NCBI GenBank assembly: GCA_040755235.1
Contig: JBFMBJ010000001.1
Coordinates: 1-48,055 of the forward strand
Reading direction: 5' to 3'
Length of the DNA: 48,055 nucleotides
From: Candidatus Omnitrophota bacterium
GTDB lineage: Bacteria > Omnitrophota > Gorgyraeia > Gygaellales > JBFMBJ01
Below, one piece after another: positions 22,754-30,431 of this stretch. A program made the translations under genes and the position numbers. Each line of letters opens with the position of its first letter. The first letter of the stretch is position 1. The notes beneath the pieces are model-generated. The model had not been told where the DNA came from, did not search any database, and saw only the letters and a program-made list of their open reading frames with translations.

Positions 22754-23566
22754 ATGAATAAAGCTAACATTGGTAAATTAGTAGCATTAGCTGGATTAAC
22801 TGCGCTTGCCTACATTCCTACCTTTGCCTGGATGATTGGCAGATGGACTGCCAAAGATACATATTACAGCCATGGTTTTTTAGTGCCATTAATTAGTATT
22901 TTTTTAATTTGGCAAAAGAGGCAAGATTTAAAGAAACTAAAGATTAAGCCTTCTAATCTTGGCTGGGTATTTTTTGGCTCTGGTATATTAATTCATGCGA
23001 TAAGCGCGTTATGGAGAGTGTATTTCTCGTCGGGATTTTCTTTAATTATAGTTCTAATCGGGCTGGTTTTATTATTTTTAGGCAAGGAATTTTTAAAAGA
23101 AACTTTATTCGCAATACTTTTCTTCGCCTTTATGATTCCTTTACCTCTGGTTGCTATTGCCAACATAAGTTTTAAACTAAAAATTTTTGCCGCTAAAATT
23201 TCAACCGTTATCATTAATAAATTAGGCGTTCCGGCAATAAGAGACGGCAGTGTGATAAAAACAATGCATTCTTATTTGGTAGTAGAGGACCCTTGCTCTG
23301 GGATAAGAAGCTTAATTGCTCTTATTGCCCTGGGTGCATTGATGGCATATTTTAGTAACATTTCCAAGCTTAAAAAGACAATTCTTTTTATATCCTCAAT
23401 TCCTATCGCAATCGCAACAAACGTAATCAGGATAGTTACTTTGTCGTTAGTAAGTGAAATGTATGGAGCGAAATTAGCAACCGGTACATTTCATAATATA
23501 ATGGGTGTTTTGGTTTTTGTCTTTGCATTTATTGGTCTGGCCTTGATAGCCAAGATCCTGGAGTAG
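22754..23566 (+). CDS. Exosortase (EpsH/Xrt family transpeptidase)
   Basis: YYSHGFLVPLISIFLIW, catalytic-Cys motif EDPCSGIRSL, NVIRIVTL, and multiple TM helices. Confidence 0.9.
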   Translation: MNKANIGKLVALAGLTALAYIPTFAWMIGRWTAKDTYYSHGFLVPLISIFLIWQKRQDLKKLKIKPSNLGWVFFGSGILIHAISALWRVYFSSGFSLIIVLIGLVLLFLGKEFLKETLFAILFFAFMIPLPLVAIANISFKLKIFAAKISTVIINKLGVPAIRDGSVIKTMHSYLVVEDPCSGIRSLIALIALGALMAYFSNISKLKKTILFISSIPIAIATNVIRIVTLSLVSEMYGAKLATGTFHNIMGVLVFVFAFIGLALIAKILE

Positions 23567-23569
23567 TAG

Positions 23570-23630
23570 CATATCGTGTATAGCGTATTGAGTATTGCGC
23601 AATACGCACGACGCACAACGCAATACGAAA
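23570..23630. repeat. Cargo-less palindromic element of the CGTATTG / CAATACG family
   Basis: The left half is cgtattgagtattgcg and the right half is cgcaatacgcacgacgcacaacgcaatacg. The central perfect 14-bp palindrome gtattgcgcaatac lies at 23592-23605. Confidence 0.85.
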
Positions 23631-23643
23631 ACATGAAGAAAAT

Positions 23644-24267
23644 ATGAACCAGAAATCTTTTATTTTTGTAATCATAATTCTGATTGTCGTCGGAATTATG
23701 AGTCTAGCTTCATACTTGCCGACGAGGACCGATGCTGCCTTGAAAGTTAAGGTAGAGAATTTCCCCAAAGAAATCGGCGAATGGAAAGGTGTAGATATTC
23801 CTGTTTCCGAACAGGATTACGCAATTTTGGAAACCAGAAATCTTTTTGTGAGGAATTACAAAGACAAAAAGGACGAGTCAGTATATTTATACGTAATTTA
23901 TTCTGAAGATAACCGTAAAGTAAGCCATCCACCGGAAATCTGCCTTTTAGGTAGTGGAATGACCATAGTTAATAAATCCACGGTTAGAATATCAAATCTT
24001 GTAAAGGCAATTAAATTAATTGTTGAAAAAAAATATGTGCAGGAGATGGTTGTCTATTGGTTTAAAGCAGGCAATCTTTATACTGAGAATTATCTTAAGC
24101 AGCAACTCAAAATTGTTACTGACCGCATGTTGAGAAAGAGGACCTCAGGTGCTCTTATCAGAATTTCTACAGTGATGAAAGAGAATGAGCGAGAGGAGAC
24201 TTCTTTAGAATTGATTAAAAGGTTTGCCGCCCAAATCCAACCGCTGCTGCCCGAATACGTTCCCTAA
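23644..24267 (+). CDS. EpsI-family exosortase-associated protein
   Basis: N-terminal anchor, FPKEIGEWKGVDIPVSEQDYAILE...VYLYVIYSEDNRKVSHPPEICLLGSGM. It lies directly after the exosortase gene. Confidence 0.8.
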   Translation: MNQKSFIFVIIILIVVGIMSLASYLPTRTDAALKVKVENFPKEIGEWKGVDIPVSEQDYAILETRNLFVRNYKDKKDESVYLYVIYSEDNRKVSHPPEICLLGSGMTIVNKSTVRISNLVKAIKLIVEKKYVQEMVVYWFKAGNLYTENYLKQQLKIVTDRMLRKRTSGALIRISTVMKENEREETSLELIKRFAAQIQPLLPEYVP

Positions 24268-24541
24268 TCCCTCCTAACATTAACTCGTAAACTTAATCCA
24301 AAAGTGTTGAAAAAGATAGAATTTGTATTTAAATTTGTCAATTCTTTAACTCATTAATTATCAATAGGTTACACAAAAAATAGCAAACTCTTAACTTTAG
24401 TGTTGCTTTTAGTGAACAAATAAATATGTAATAAAAAAATTTTTTGCTGGCAAAATTTATTGTCTTATTTATCTTTGTTATAACCACTTCAAATTAAATA
24501 AGTTAAAAAACATAAAAAAAGTTTTTATTTTATTCTGAAAT

Positions 24542-24557
24542 TGGCATAAAAAATGCT
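24542..24557 (+). promoter_or_regulatory. Candidate sigma-54 (-24/-12) promoter
   Basis: TGGCAT-aaaaa-ATGCT has the canonical GG-N10-GC spacing (consensus TGGCAC-N5-TTGCW). It lies at the end of a 300-nt AT-rich gap. rpoN and a GAFTGA-containing EBP are encoded in the same locus. Confidence 0.5.
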
Positions 24558-24571
24558 TATATATTATTGTA

Positions 24572-25450
24572 ATGAAATATTCTTATACCAAACTCCCCAA
24601 CTTATTCAGAAAAACAATAGTATTTTTACTATTTGTTGTAACCTTTTTATTAGTAGGGCCTTCCTTAAGAGATAGCTTAACCTACGCTGTTACTTATTTT
24701 GATAATCCTAAAATTTCTTCAGAGCATTTAGAACTTCCTTATCTCTCTGAACCCATCAGCCCGGCGCCTCCTGTTCGTCAAAAATCACACGCTCCGGAAC
24801 CCAGTAGTTTATTTTTAATATTGGGTGGAATGGGCACAATGATTGTCCGATTTGCCCAAAAGAGTTTTCAGAAATTTAAAAGGGCTTTTGACGTTATTTT
24901 ATCCCTTGTTGGCTTAACTATTGCCTCGCCTGTAATTTTGTTGTCTGCGTTTTTAATTAGAGCAAATTCAAAAGGCCCTATAATTTATAAGCAGAATAGG
25001 GTGGGTAGGAATGGCAAAATTTTCAAAATTTATAAACTGAGAACAATGAGATTAGATGCGGAAAAAGACACTGGCGCAGTTTGGGCAAAAAAAGATGACC
25101 CGCGTGTAACTTCTGTCGGCAGGATTTTAAGGCAACTTCATATTGATGAAATTCCACAGTTATTAAATGTATTGAAAGGCGAGATGAGTATCGTTGGACC
25201 GCGTCCGGAGCGGCCAGAATTAGTTAGGGATTTAAAAGTGCTTATCCGCGATTATGAAAAACGTCTTTTGATAAAACCAGGCATTACTGGTCTGGCTCAA
25301 GTTTGGCATAAGTACGATGAAACAATTGACGATGTAAAAAAGAAAATTAAATACGACATTTTATATCTCAAAAAAATGTGCTGGCTAGTTGATTTGCGCA
25401 TCCTTATGCAAACCGTTGTGGTAGTACTTACTGGCAGAGGGGCAAGATAA
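24572..25450 (+). CDS. Polyprenyl-phosphate sugar phosphotransferase (bacterial sugar transferase, PglC/WbaP C-terminal type) with an unusual ~90-aa N-terminal extension
   Basis: KRAFDVILSLVGL...SPVILLSAFLIRANSKGPIIYKQNRVGRNGKIFKIYKLRTM...IDEIPQLLNVLKGEMSIVGPRPERPE. The extension carries a TM segment and APEPSSLFLILGGMGTMIVRF. An alternative start exists at the MIVRF ATG. Confidence 0.85.
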   Translation: MKYSYTKLPNLFRKTIVFLLFVVTFLLVGPSLRDSLTYAVTYFDNPKISSEHLELPYLSEPISPAPPVRQKSHAPEPSSLFLILGGMGTMIVRFAQKSFQKFKRAFDVILSLVGLTIASPVILLSAFLIRANSKGPIIYKQNRVGRNGKIFKIYKLRTMRLDAEKDTGAVWAKKDDPRVTSVGRILRQLHIDEIPQLLNVLKGEMSIVGPRPERPELVRDLKVLIRDYEKRLLIKPGITGLAQVWHKYDETIDDVKKKIKYDILYLKKMCWLVDLRILMQTVVVVLTGRGAR

Positions 25451-26061
25451 TGAGAAAAATAATTGTGTTAGGGATAATAAGTTTAATAATTAGTTTATAT
25501 GGTGTAAATCTTTCATATGCCGTGCCGCCGCCATCTTCCTTTTTGGATTTTATTAACTTGTCAGGCAGCTATTTACAATTGCAAGATGGGACATATCTTT
25601 ATTCTTATACTTTGAGTGCAGGTGCTGCTTATGGAACGCCAGGTTCAGGTTTGAGCCATTGGTGGCTTGAACTTTTAGAAGAAAAAATCCCTACCCTAAG
25701 TAATTTTAATCCTGATGATCCTAATTCCACTGATGACGTGGAGACATATTTTAATGAAAATCACGGGCCTTCTGGCTTATTTACTACTTTAGGCAATCCC
25801 TTTAATGGCTTTCATTATGGAGCGAAATGGGATTATGAAGATTTAATTACTTATTCTTTTATAAGTACTCATGGTCCGGTGTTAGATGAATATGGAAATG
25901 TAGATTTTGGGGCGTATTCTTGGATGGCTAAAGGTGGTCAATATTACGATTTTGGCACAACCTTAGGACCAAACGGGATAATCCCTGAACCGGCAACAAT
26001 GTCACTTCTAGGATTAGGATTAATTGGCTTACTCCGGCTTAAAAAGAAGAAAAATAGATGA
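25450..26061 (+). CDS. PEP-CTERM sorting-domain protein
   Basis: Signal peptide, then C-terminal IPEPATMSLLGLGLIGLLRLKKKKNR. Confidence 0.9.
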   Translation: MRKIIVLGIISLIISLYGVNLSYAVPPPSSFLDFINLSGSYLQLQDGTYLYSYTLSAGAAYGTPGSGLSHWWLELLEEKIPTLSNFNPDDPNSTDDVETYFNENHGPSGLFTTLGNPFNGFHYGAKWDYEDLITYSFISTHGPVLDEYGNVDFGAYSWMAKGGQYYDFGTTLGPNGIIPEPATMSLLGLGLIGLLRLKKKKNR

Positions 26062-26783
26062 AAAAGATTTTCTTTTTATATCTTATTGTTTTATTTTTAT
26101 CATTTTCCCAGCCAGCATTTGCCTATTTTATTGGTAACGAAATAACTACCTTAAATGGCATATATGGTTCATCTTGGGATGGTTCGAGCAATGAATTATG
26201 GGATGTCTTATCTGCAAACGGTTACACTGCTTTAGCGAATGATGTCCAAACCGATGTCTCAGGGGGGACGCCGTCTTCAAATTATCACGTTTACAAGAAT
26301 ACCTATTGGAAATCTGCCGGCTATTATTCTTTAATGGTTGATGAGGTTGCTGCCTATTCTCCTTATAGCAGTTTTGGTTGGTATATAAAAAATCATTCTG
26401 GTGACGTAGGCGATCTCAGCAAAACTACCTGGGGTGAGATTTTTTCAGGAGCAAATTCACAAGGCGCTACATTTGGTTTTTTTAATCCGAACGAAATAGG
26501 TTTTTGGATTAATCCTAACGGAGCTTCGGGCCTTTATTATTTTACTGATACTTCTCTTAATGGAGGAGATTTACAAGCCCTGGTGTTTTCTTTAAATGGA
26601 TATGGTGGTTTTGGTGATGACTACTTAATTGCTTTGGAAGACTTAAAATTTTCCGGATGGACGGACAATGATTTTCAAGATATGATTATCCGGCTTCGTC
26701 CAATTATTCCTGAGCCTGGCACAATGTCACTTTTGGGGTTAGGTTTGTTAGGAGTATTTGGTTTTAGAAAGAAGAGAAGTTAA
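26058..26783 (+). CDS. PEP-CTERM sorting-domain protein with a DUF4114-like segment
   Basis: Signal peptide ending in AFA. DNDFQDMIIRL motif. C-terminal IPEPGTMSLLGLGLLGVFGFRKKRS. Confidence 0.9.
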   Translation: MKKIFFLYLIVLFLSFSQPAFAYFIGNEITTLNGIYGSSWDGSSNELWDVLSANGYTALANDVQTDVSGGTPSSNYHVYKNTYWKSAGYYSLMVDEVAAYSPYSSFGWYIKNHSGDVGDLSKTTWGEIFSGANSQGATFGFFNPNEIGFWINPNGASGLYYFTDTSLNGGDLQALVFSLNGYGGFGDDYLIALEDLKFSGWTDNDFQDMIIRLRPIIPEPGTMSLLGLGLLGVFGFRKKRS

Positions 26784-26815
26784 TAAAATCTAAATAAGGG
26801 AGGTGAAAAAAATAA

Positions 26816-27391
26816 ATGAAAACCGTAAAAATATTGACGGTAGTTTTTGGTATGCTGCTCATGTTTGGTACGTTAGCCAATGCAGGTATCGTAGATGTTA
26901 TAGAGTATCCAACGGGTTATTTTGCTCCGGGTGCTACTACTTCTTCGCCGTATTATCGCTGGTGGGATGAAGATTGGGGTTGGGCTCATAATCCAATCGC
27001 AGGCTCGATAACAACTGCAGAGCTAAGTATCAGCGCCTATGATGTTGATGCTCCCAGTGAAGTTGATAATATCTATGCCTGGGAAAATGGTGGCTGGACG
27101 CTATTAGGCAACCTTGCTGGCTTGAATAATGATTGGGGATATACAACCTTTAATCTTGGTTCTGAATTCTTTGATGAAATTGCAGCAGGTCTTCAGGTTT
27201 ATATGGACATAGACACAACTCATACTTATAACTATTGGGCAGTGACTCTTGCAAAATCAGCACTTTCAATTAACGGTGGAACAATACCTCCTCCGTGTCC
27301 GGGTTGTGGAGTTATTCCTGAGCCAGCAACAATGTCATTGTTAGGTTTTGGTGTTTTGGGTTTGTTTGGTTTAAGAAGGAAGAGAAGTTAG
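26816..27391 (+). CDS. PEP-CTERM sorting-domain protein
   Basis: SD gggaggtg. Signal peptide ...TLANA. C-terminal IPEPATMSLLGFGVLGLFGLRRKRS. Confidence 0.9.
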   Translation: MKTVKILTVVFGMLLMFGTLANAGIVDVIEYPTGYFAPGATTSSPYYRWWDEDWGWAHNPIAGSITTAELSISAYDVDAPSEVDNIYAWENGGWTLLGNLAGLNNDWGYTTFNLGSEFFDEIAAGLQVYMDIDTTHTYNYWAVTLAKSALSINGGTIPPPCPGCGVIPEPATMSLLGFGVLGLFGLRRKRS

Positions 27392-27396
27392 TTGAA

Positions 27397-27435
27397 CACG
27401 AATTCTCACGAATTACACACTAATTTTCACGAATT
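27397..27435. repeat. CACGAATT x3 intergenic motif array
   Basis: cacgaatt at 27397, 27407 and 27428 (spacings of 10 and 21 nt). Confidence 0.8.
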
Positions 27436-27487
27436 ATCAGCGAGTTTAAAAAGCCACGGAGATTTCAAAAGAAGGAGGTGAAAAAGA

Positions 27488-28141
27488 ATGAAGAAAGGTC
27501 TAATATGTTTAGCAATACTCCTGGGCGTTGGTATGTTTCTATCTATGCAAACAACAGCATCAGCTTGGATAGAAATAACTGATCCTCTGCTAATAGGAGG
27601 AATAGTTTATGCTCCTGGTTCTAATCTACCAGGTGAACCATTGACAACAGTGGTTGTTGCTCCTACTGGCTCGGTTACAATCGGTTCCTTTGCTCTGGAA
27701 GGAGATTCTCAGCCTATAGGTTGGAAAGGAATTGGAGTGCCACTTGCTCCATTAGGTTATGCCCCTGGTTATCAGTTCGCATTTGATGATAGTTTCCTTA
27801 CTTGGGATTCCAGTTACTACGATGAATTTTACGGAGTCCTTACTCAGGGAGACTACATCTGGAACGGCGGTTTAGTGTTGGGTGGTTTTACTTTTGGCGG
27901 TCTCACTGAAGGTGGATTGGAGGGTATAAATAATCCTTGGCAGATGCAGGGCAGTTTTTTGGTTGACCCTAACTATGATTATTTCTTGAATATAGTTCTT
28001 CGCACGTCATATGATGAACAACTACCTTCTTGGGGACTATTCAGCGATGTGTCAGTTCAGGTCATCCCTGAGCCGGCAACATTGTCATTGTTAGGATTTG
28101 GCGTTTTGGGATTATTTGGCTTAAGGAGGAAAAAATCCTAG
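27488..28141 (+). CDS. PEP-CTERM sorting-domain protein
   Basis: SD aaggaggtg. Signal peptide ...TTASA. C-terminal IPEPATLSLLGFGVLGLFGLRRKKS. Confidence 0.9.
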   Translation: MKKGLICLAILLGVGMFLSMQTTASAWIEITDPLLIGGIVYAPGSNLPGEPLTTVVVAPTGSVTIGSFALEGDSQPIGWKGIGVPLAPLGYAPGYQFAFDDSFLTWDSSYYDEFYGVLTQGDYIWNGGLVLGGFTFGGLTEGGLEGINNPWQMQGSFLVDPNYDYFLNIVLRTSYDEQLPSWGLFSDVSVQVIPEPATLSLLGFGVLGLFGLRRKKS

Positions 28142-28169
28142 GTTTTTTCTTTTAAAAATAATCTTATAA

Positions 28170-28238
28170 TGCCCCCTAATCAAGGTGCATTTTCGAAAAT
28201 GTGAAAAAGAGGGGGCAAATCTGAAAATGGTTTGCCCC
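28170..28238 (+). promoter_or_regulatory. Two mutually exclusive 8-bp hairpins in the leader of the small PEP-CTERM lipoprotein gene
   Basis: TGCCCCCT (28170-28177) pairs with AGGGGGCA (28210-28217). GGGGCAAA (28212-28219) pairs with TTTGCCCC (28231-28238). The two stems share the GGGGCA segment. Confidence 0.45.
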
Positions 28239-28263
28239 ATACTTTCAAAAAAGGTGAAATTTA

Positions 28264-28566
28264 ATGATAACTAAGAAAGTTTTATCTATCTGCGTTATTG
28301 GCTTAGTTACCTTTGCCTTAACTGGCTGTTTAGGCGGAGGCGGTGGCGGCGGTTCGTCATCAGGCGGGTCCTCATCCGGGATTAGTTCTTCATCTTTTGT
28401 AAGCAGCTCTGCTCCGAGCGTAAGCGCTCCTGAACCAGGCAGCTCAGCTCCCGAAACGCCTTCAACAGTAGTTGCTGTGCATAATCCCGAACCAAGCAGC
28501 ATTCTACTATTGGGTAGTGGTTTACTCGGATTGGCTTTAGCAAGACGCAGAAAGCATAAAAAATAG
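28264..28566 (+). CDS. Small Gly/Ser-rich protein with both a lipobox and a PEP-CTERM domain
   Basis: LVTFALTGC lipobox, GGGGGGGSSSGGSSSG tract, and C-terminal NPEPSSILLLGSGLLGLALARRRKHKK. Confidence 0.8.
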   Translation: MITKKVLSICVIGLVTFALTGCLGGGGGGGSSSGGSSSGISSSSFVSSSAPSVSAPEPGSSAPETPSTVVAVHNPEPSSILLLGSGLLGLALARRRKHKK

Positions 28567-28592
28567 ACAAAATAGGCAATTATTAGTGTTGG

Positions 28593-28630
28593 CAATATAT
28601 TCGTAACTAAAATGAATATATTGGTTTTTG
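28593..28630 (+). terminator. Rho-independent terminator candidate
   Basis: caatatattc-N11-gaatatattg is a perfect 10-bp stem followed by gtttttg. The stem is AT-rich. Confidence 0.5.
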
Positions 28631-28633
28631 TGC

Positions 28634-28662
28634 TTGACACATTTGTATAGAGTTGCTATAAT
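28634..28662 (+). promoter_or_regulatory. Consensus sigma-70 promoter of the regulatory operon
   Basis: TTGACA (28634-28639), 17-nt spacer, TATAAT (28657-28662). Confidence 0.65.
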
Positions 28663-28707
28663 TATGTCTCTTTTACAAACAAAACCCCATCAACTAAACC
28701 TAAATGA

Positions 28708-29586
28708 ATGGCGTCACAAGAGACATCCTTTCCAGTTGTAAAAAAAGTCTACCGAGATAGTTTTCTTTTTCTTAAGAATACCCCCATCTTTTTTTATCCC
28801 TACCTTATTTTAATCTTTTTAGAAGTTTTTAGTTTGCTTGTTTTATTCTTAATTCCGAGAGCACCCCTGAACACAATTCTTGGGCCAATAATAAGAGTTA
28901 AATGGGGAGAGCGGTTTTTACATTATCCTTTTAATTTCCTTTTATTGCCTAAATTGGCTTCTTACACAAGGATGGTTCTGACAGTTGTATTCGGTTCTTT
29001 GCTAACCGGTATAGCTGTATCTATAGCTACCGATGGCTTCAATAATAAAAAACCAAAATTAGGACGGTCTTTTATAGTTTCTGTGAAAAAATATATCTTT
29101 ATTTTTATTGTTATTTCTTTAATTAATTTTGCCTGGTTTTTTATAGGTAAGTTTATCCCTAATTCTTTAACGAAATATTTCATTGCTGGCCATACTCGTC
29201 TCTTATTTATAAATTATAAATTGTGGCAGGGTCCGATAGTTGCAGGTATAAATTTCTTGTTTGCTATTATTATTCAGTCACTTTTTATTTACATCATACC
29301 AGTTTTTATTATTGAAAATAAAAAGTTCTTTCCTTCCATTATCAGCGCATTAAGATTCTTTGCTCTTCACCTTAAAACCACCTTAACCTTTGTATTATTG
29401 CCGATGTTAACTTATATCGTGATCATTGTTCTAAATTATAACAATCTATTTTTGATGGAAAAGTTTTTCCCCGAAATTATTTTATTAGTTATATTGCTTA
29501 GTACCTTGCTCATTAATTTGGTCATAGATCCGTTAATTACGGCCTCAACAACACTGTTTTATTTGAATAGGAGAGAGGGCAAATAG
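28708..29586 (+). CDS. Polytopic membrane protein of unknown function
   Basis: About 6-7 hydrophobic helices and no recognisable motif. It is the first gene after the consensus promoter. Confidence 0.5.
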   Translation: MASQETSFPVVKKVYRDSFLFLKNTPIFFYPYLILIFLEVFSLLVLFLIPRAPLNTILGPIIRVKWGERFLHYPFNFLLLPKLASYTRMVLTVVFGSLLTGIAVSIATDGFNNKKPKLGRSFIVSVKKYIFIFIVISLINFAWFFIGKFIPNSLTKYFIAGHTRLLFINYKLWQGPIVAGINFLFAIIIQSLFIYIIPVFIIENKKFFPSIISALRFFALHLKTTLTFVLLPMLTYIVIIVLNYNNLFLMEKFFPEIILLVILLSTLLINLVIDPLITASTTLFYLNRREGK

Positions 29587-29588
29587 TC

Positions 29589-30431
29589 ATGAAAAGTTTT
29601 ACCTACCTAATCACCCTCATTCTTACCTGTGTTTTTCTCGCTGGTTGCGGTAATGACCAATATTCCATCGAAAAGCAATATTATTGGGCACAAAAAAGGG
29701 CCGCAAAAATTTTTAAGAATCCGGCTGCCTCACCGCCACGAGAGCTGGAAAAGGTGGTAGGAATCTTAAATAATTTCATCCGAAACTATCCGAAAAATAA
29801 GTTAGCGCTTCAGGCAGAATTTGATATTGCCCGGCTTTATATAACCAAGGAAGAATATGATAAAGCAAGGCTACAACTGCGCTCGATAGTCAATAAATAC
29901 AATGAACTTAAGGATATTTGCGCTGAAGCAACATTTTTAATTGGCAATTCCTATCAGATAGAGGACAAATGGAACCTTGCTTTAGAGCAATATAAAAAGA
30001 TTATGCAAGATTATCCGGCAACCTTAAGGGGTTTGGATATCCCCGTTTATATTGCCCAGTATTACAAAATTAAATATCAGCCGGATAAAATGCTGGCTGC
30101 TTTCTATGAGGCAATAAACCATTATAAGGGCTTGGCTCTTAAGTATCCTAAGTCAGTGCTTGCTTATCAGGCAGAGATGTTAGTGTCTAGTTGTTATGCA
30201 GCGCTTAAGGATTGGAATAATGTAATAAATAGTCTCAATACAGTGATAGAAAATTATAAGGATAAGATTAAGGCGGACGGAATTTTAATGCAGATAGCTT
30301 TTATCTACTCTAAAGAGCTTAAAGATAAAGCTAAAGAAAAGGAAATTTTAGAACGCTTAATCAGGGATTATCCGAAGAGTAAGCTGGTTAAACGAGCGAC
30401 GGTTTTATTAGAGGAGCTGGAAAAGAGATGA
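29589..30431 (+). CDS. TPR-repeat lipoprotein (BamD/YfiO-like; short PrsT-like)
   Basis: Lipobox VFLAGC. Repeated A..Y/L..A TPR-like helices (ALQAEFDIARLYITKEEYDKARLQL, AEATFLIGNSYQIEDKWNLALEQYKKIM). Confidence 0.6.
   Translation: MKSFTYLITLILTCVFLAGCGNDQYSIEKQYYWAQKRAAKIFKNPAASPPRELEKVVGILNNFIRNYPKNKLALQAEFDIARLYITKEEYDKARLQLRSIVNKYNELKDICAEATFLIGNSYQIEDKWNLALEQYKKIMQDYPATLRGLDIPVYIAQYYKIKYQPDKMLAAFYEAINHYKGLALKYPKSVLAYQAEMLVSSCYAALKDWNNVINSLNTVIENYKDKIKADGILMQIAFIYSKELKDKAKEKEILERLIRDYPKSKLVKRATVLLEELEKR

Noticed and set aside
24445-24462. Second sigma-54-like site, ctggcaaaatttattgtc
   Set aside because: The -12 element is displaced by one nt and reads TTGT instead of TTGC. The site at 24542 fits the geometry and this one does not.
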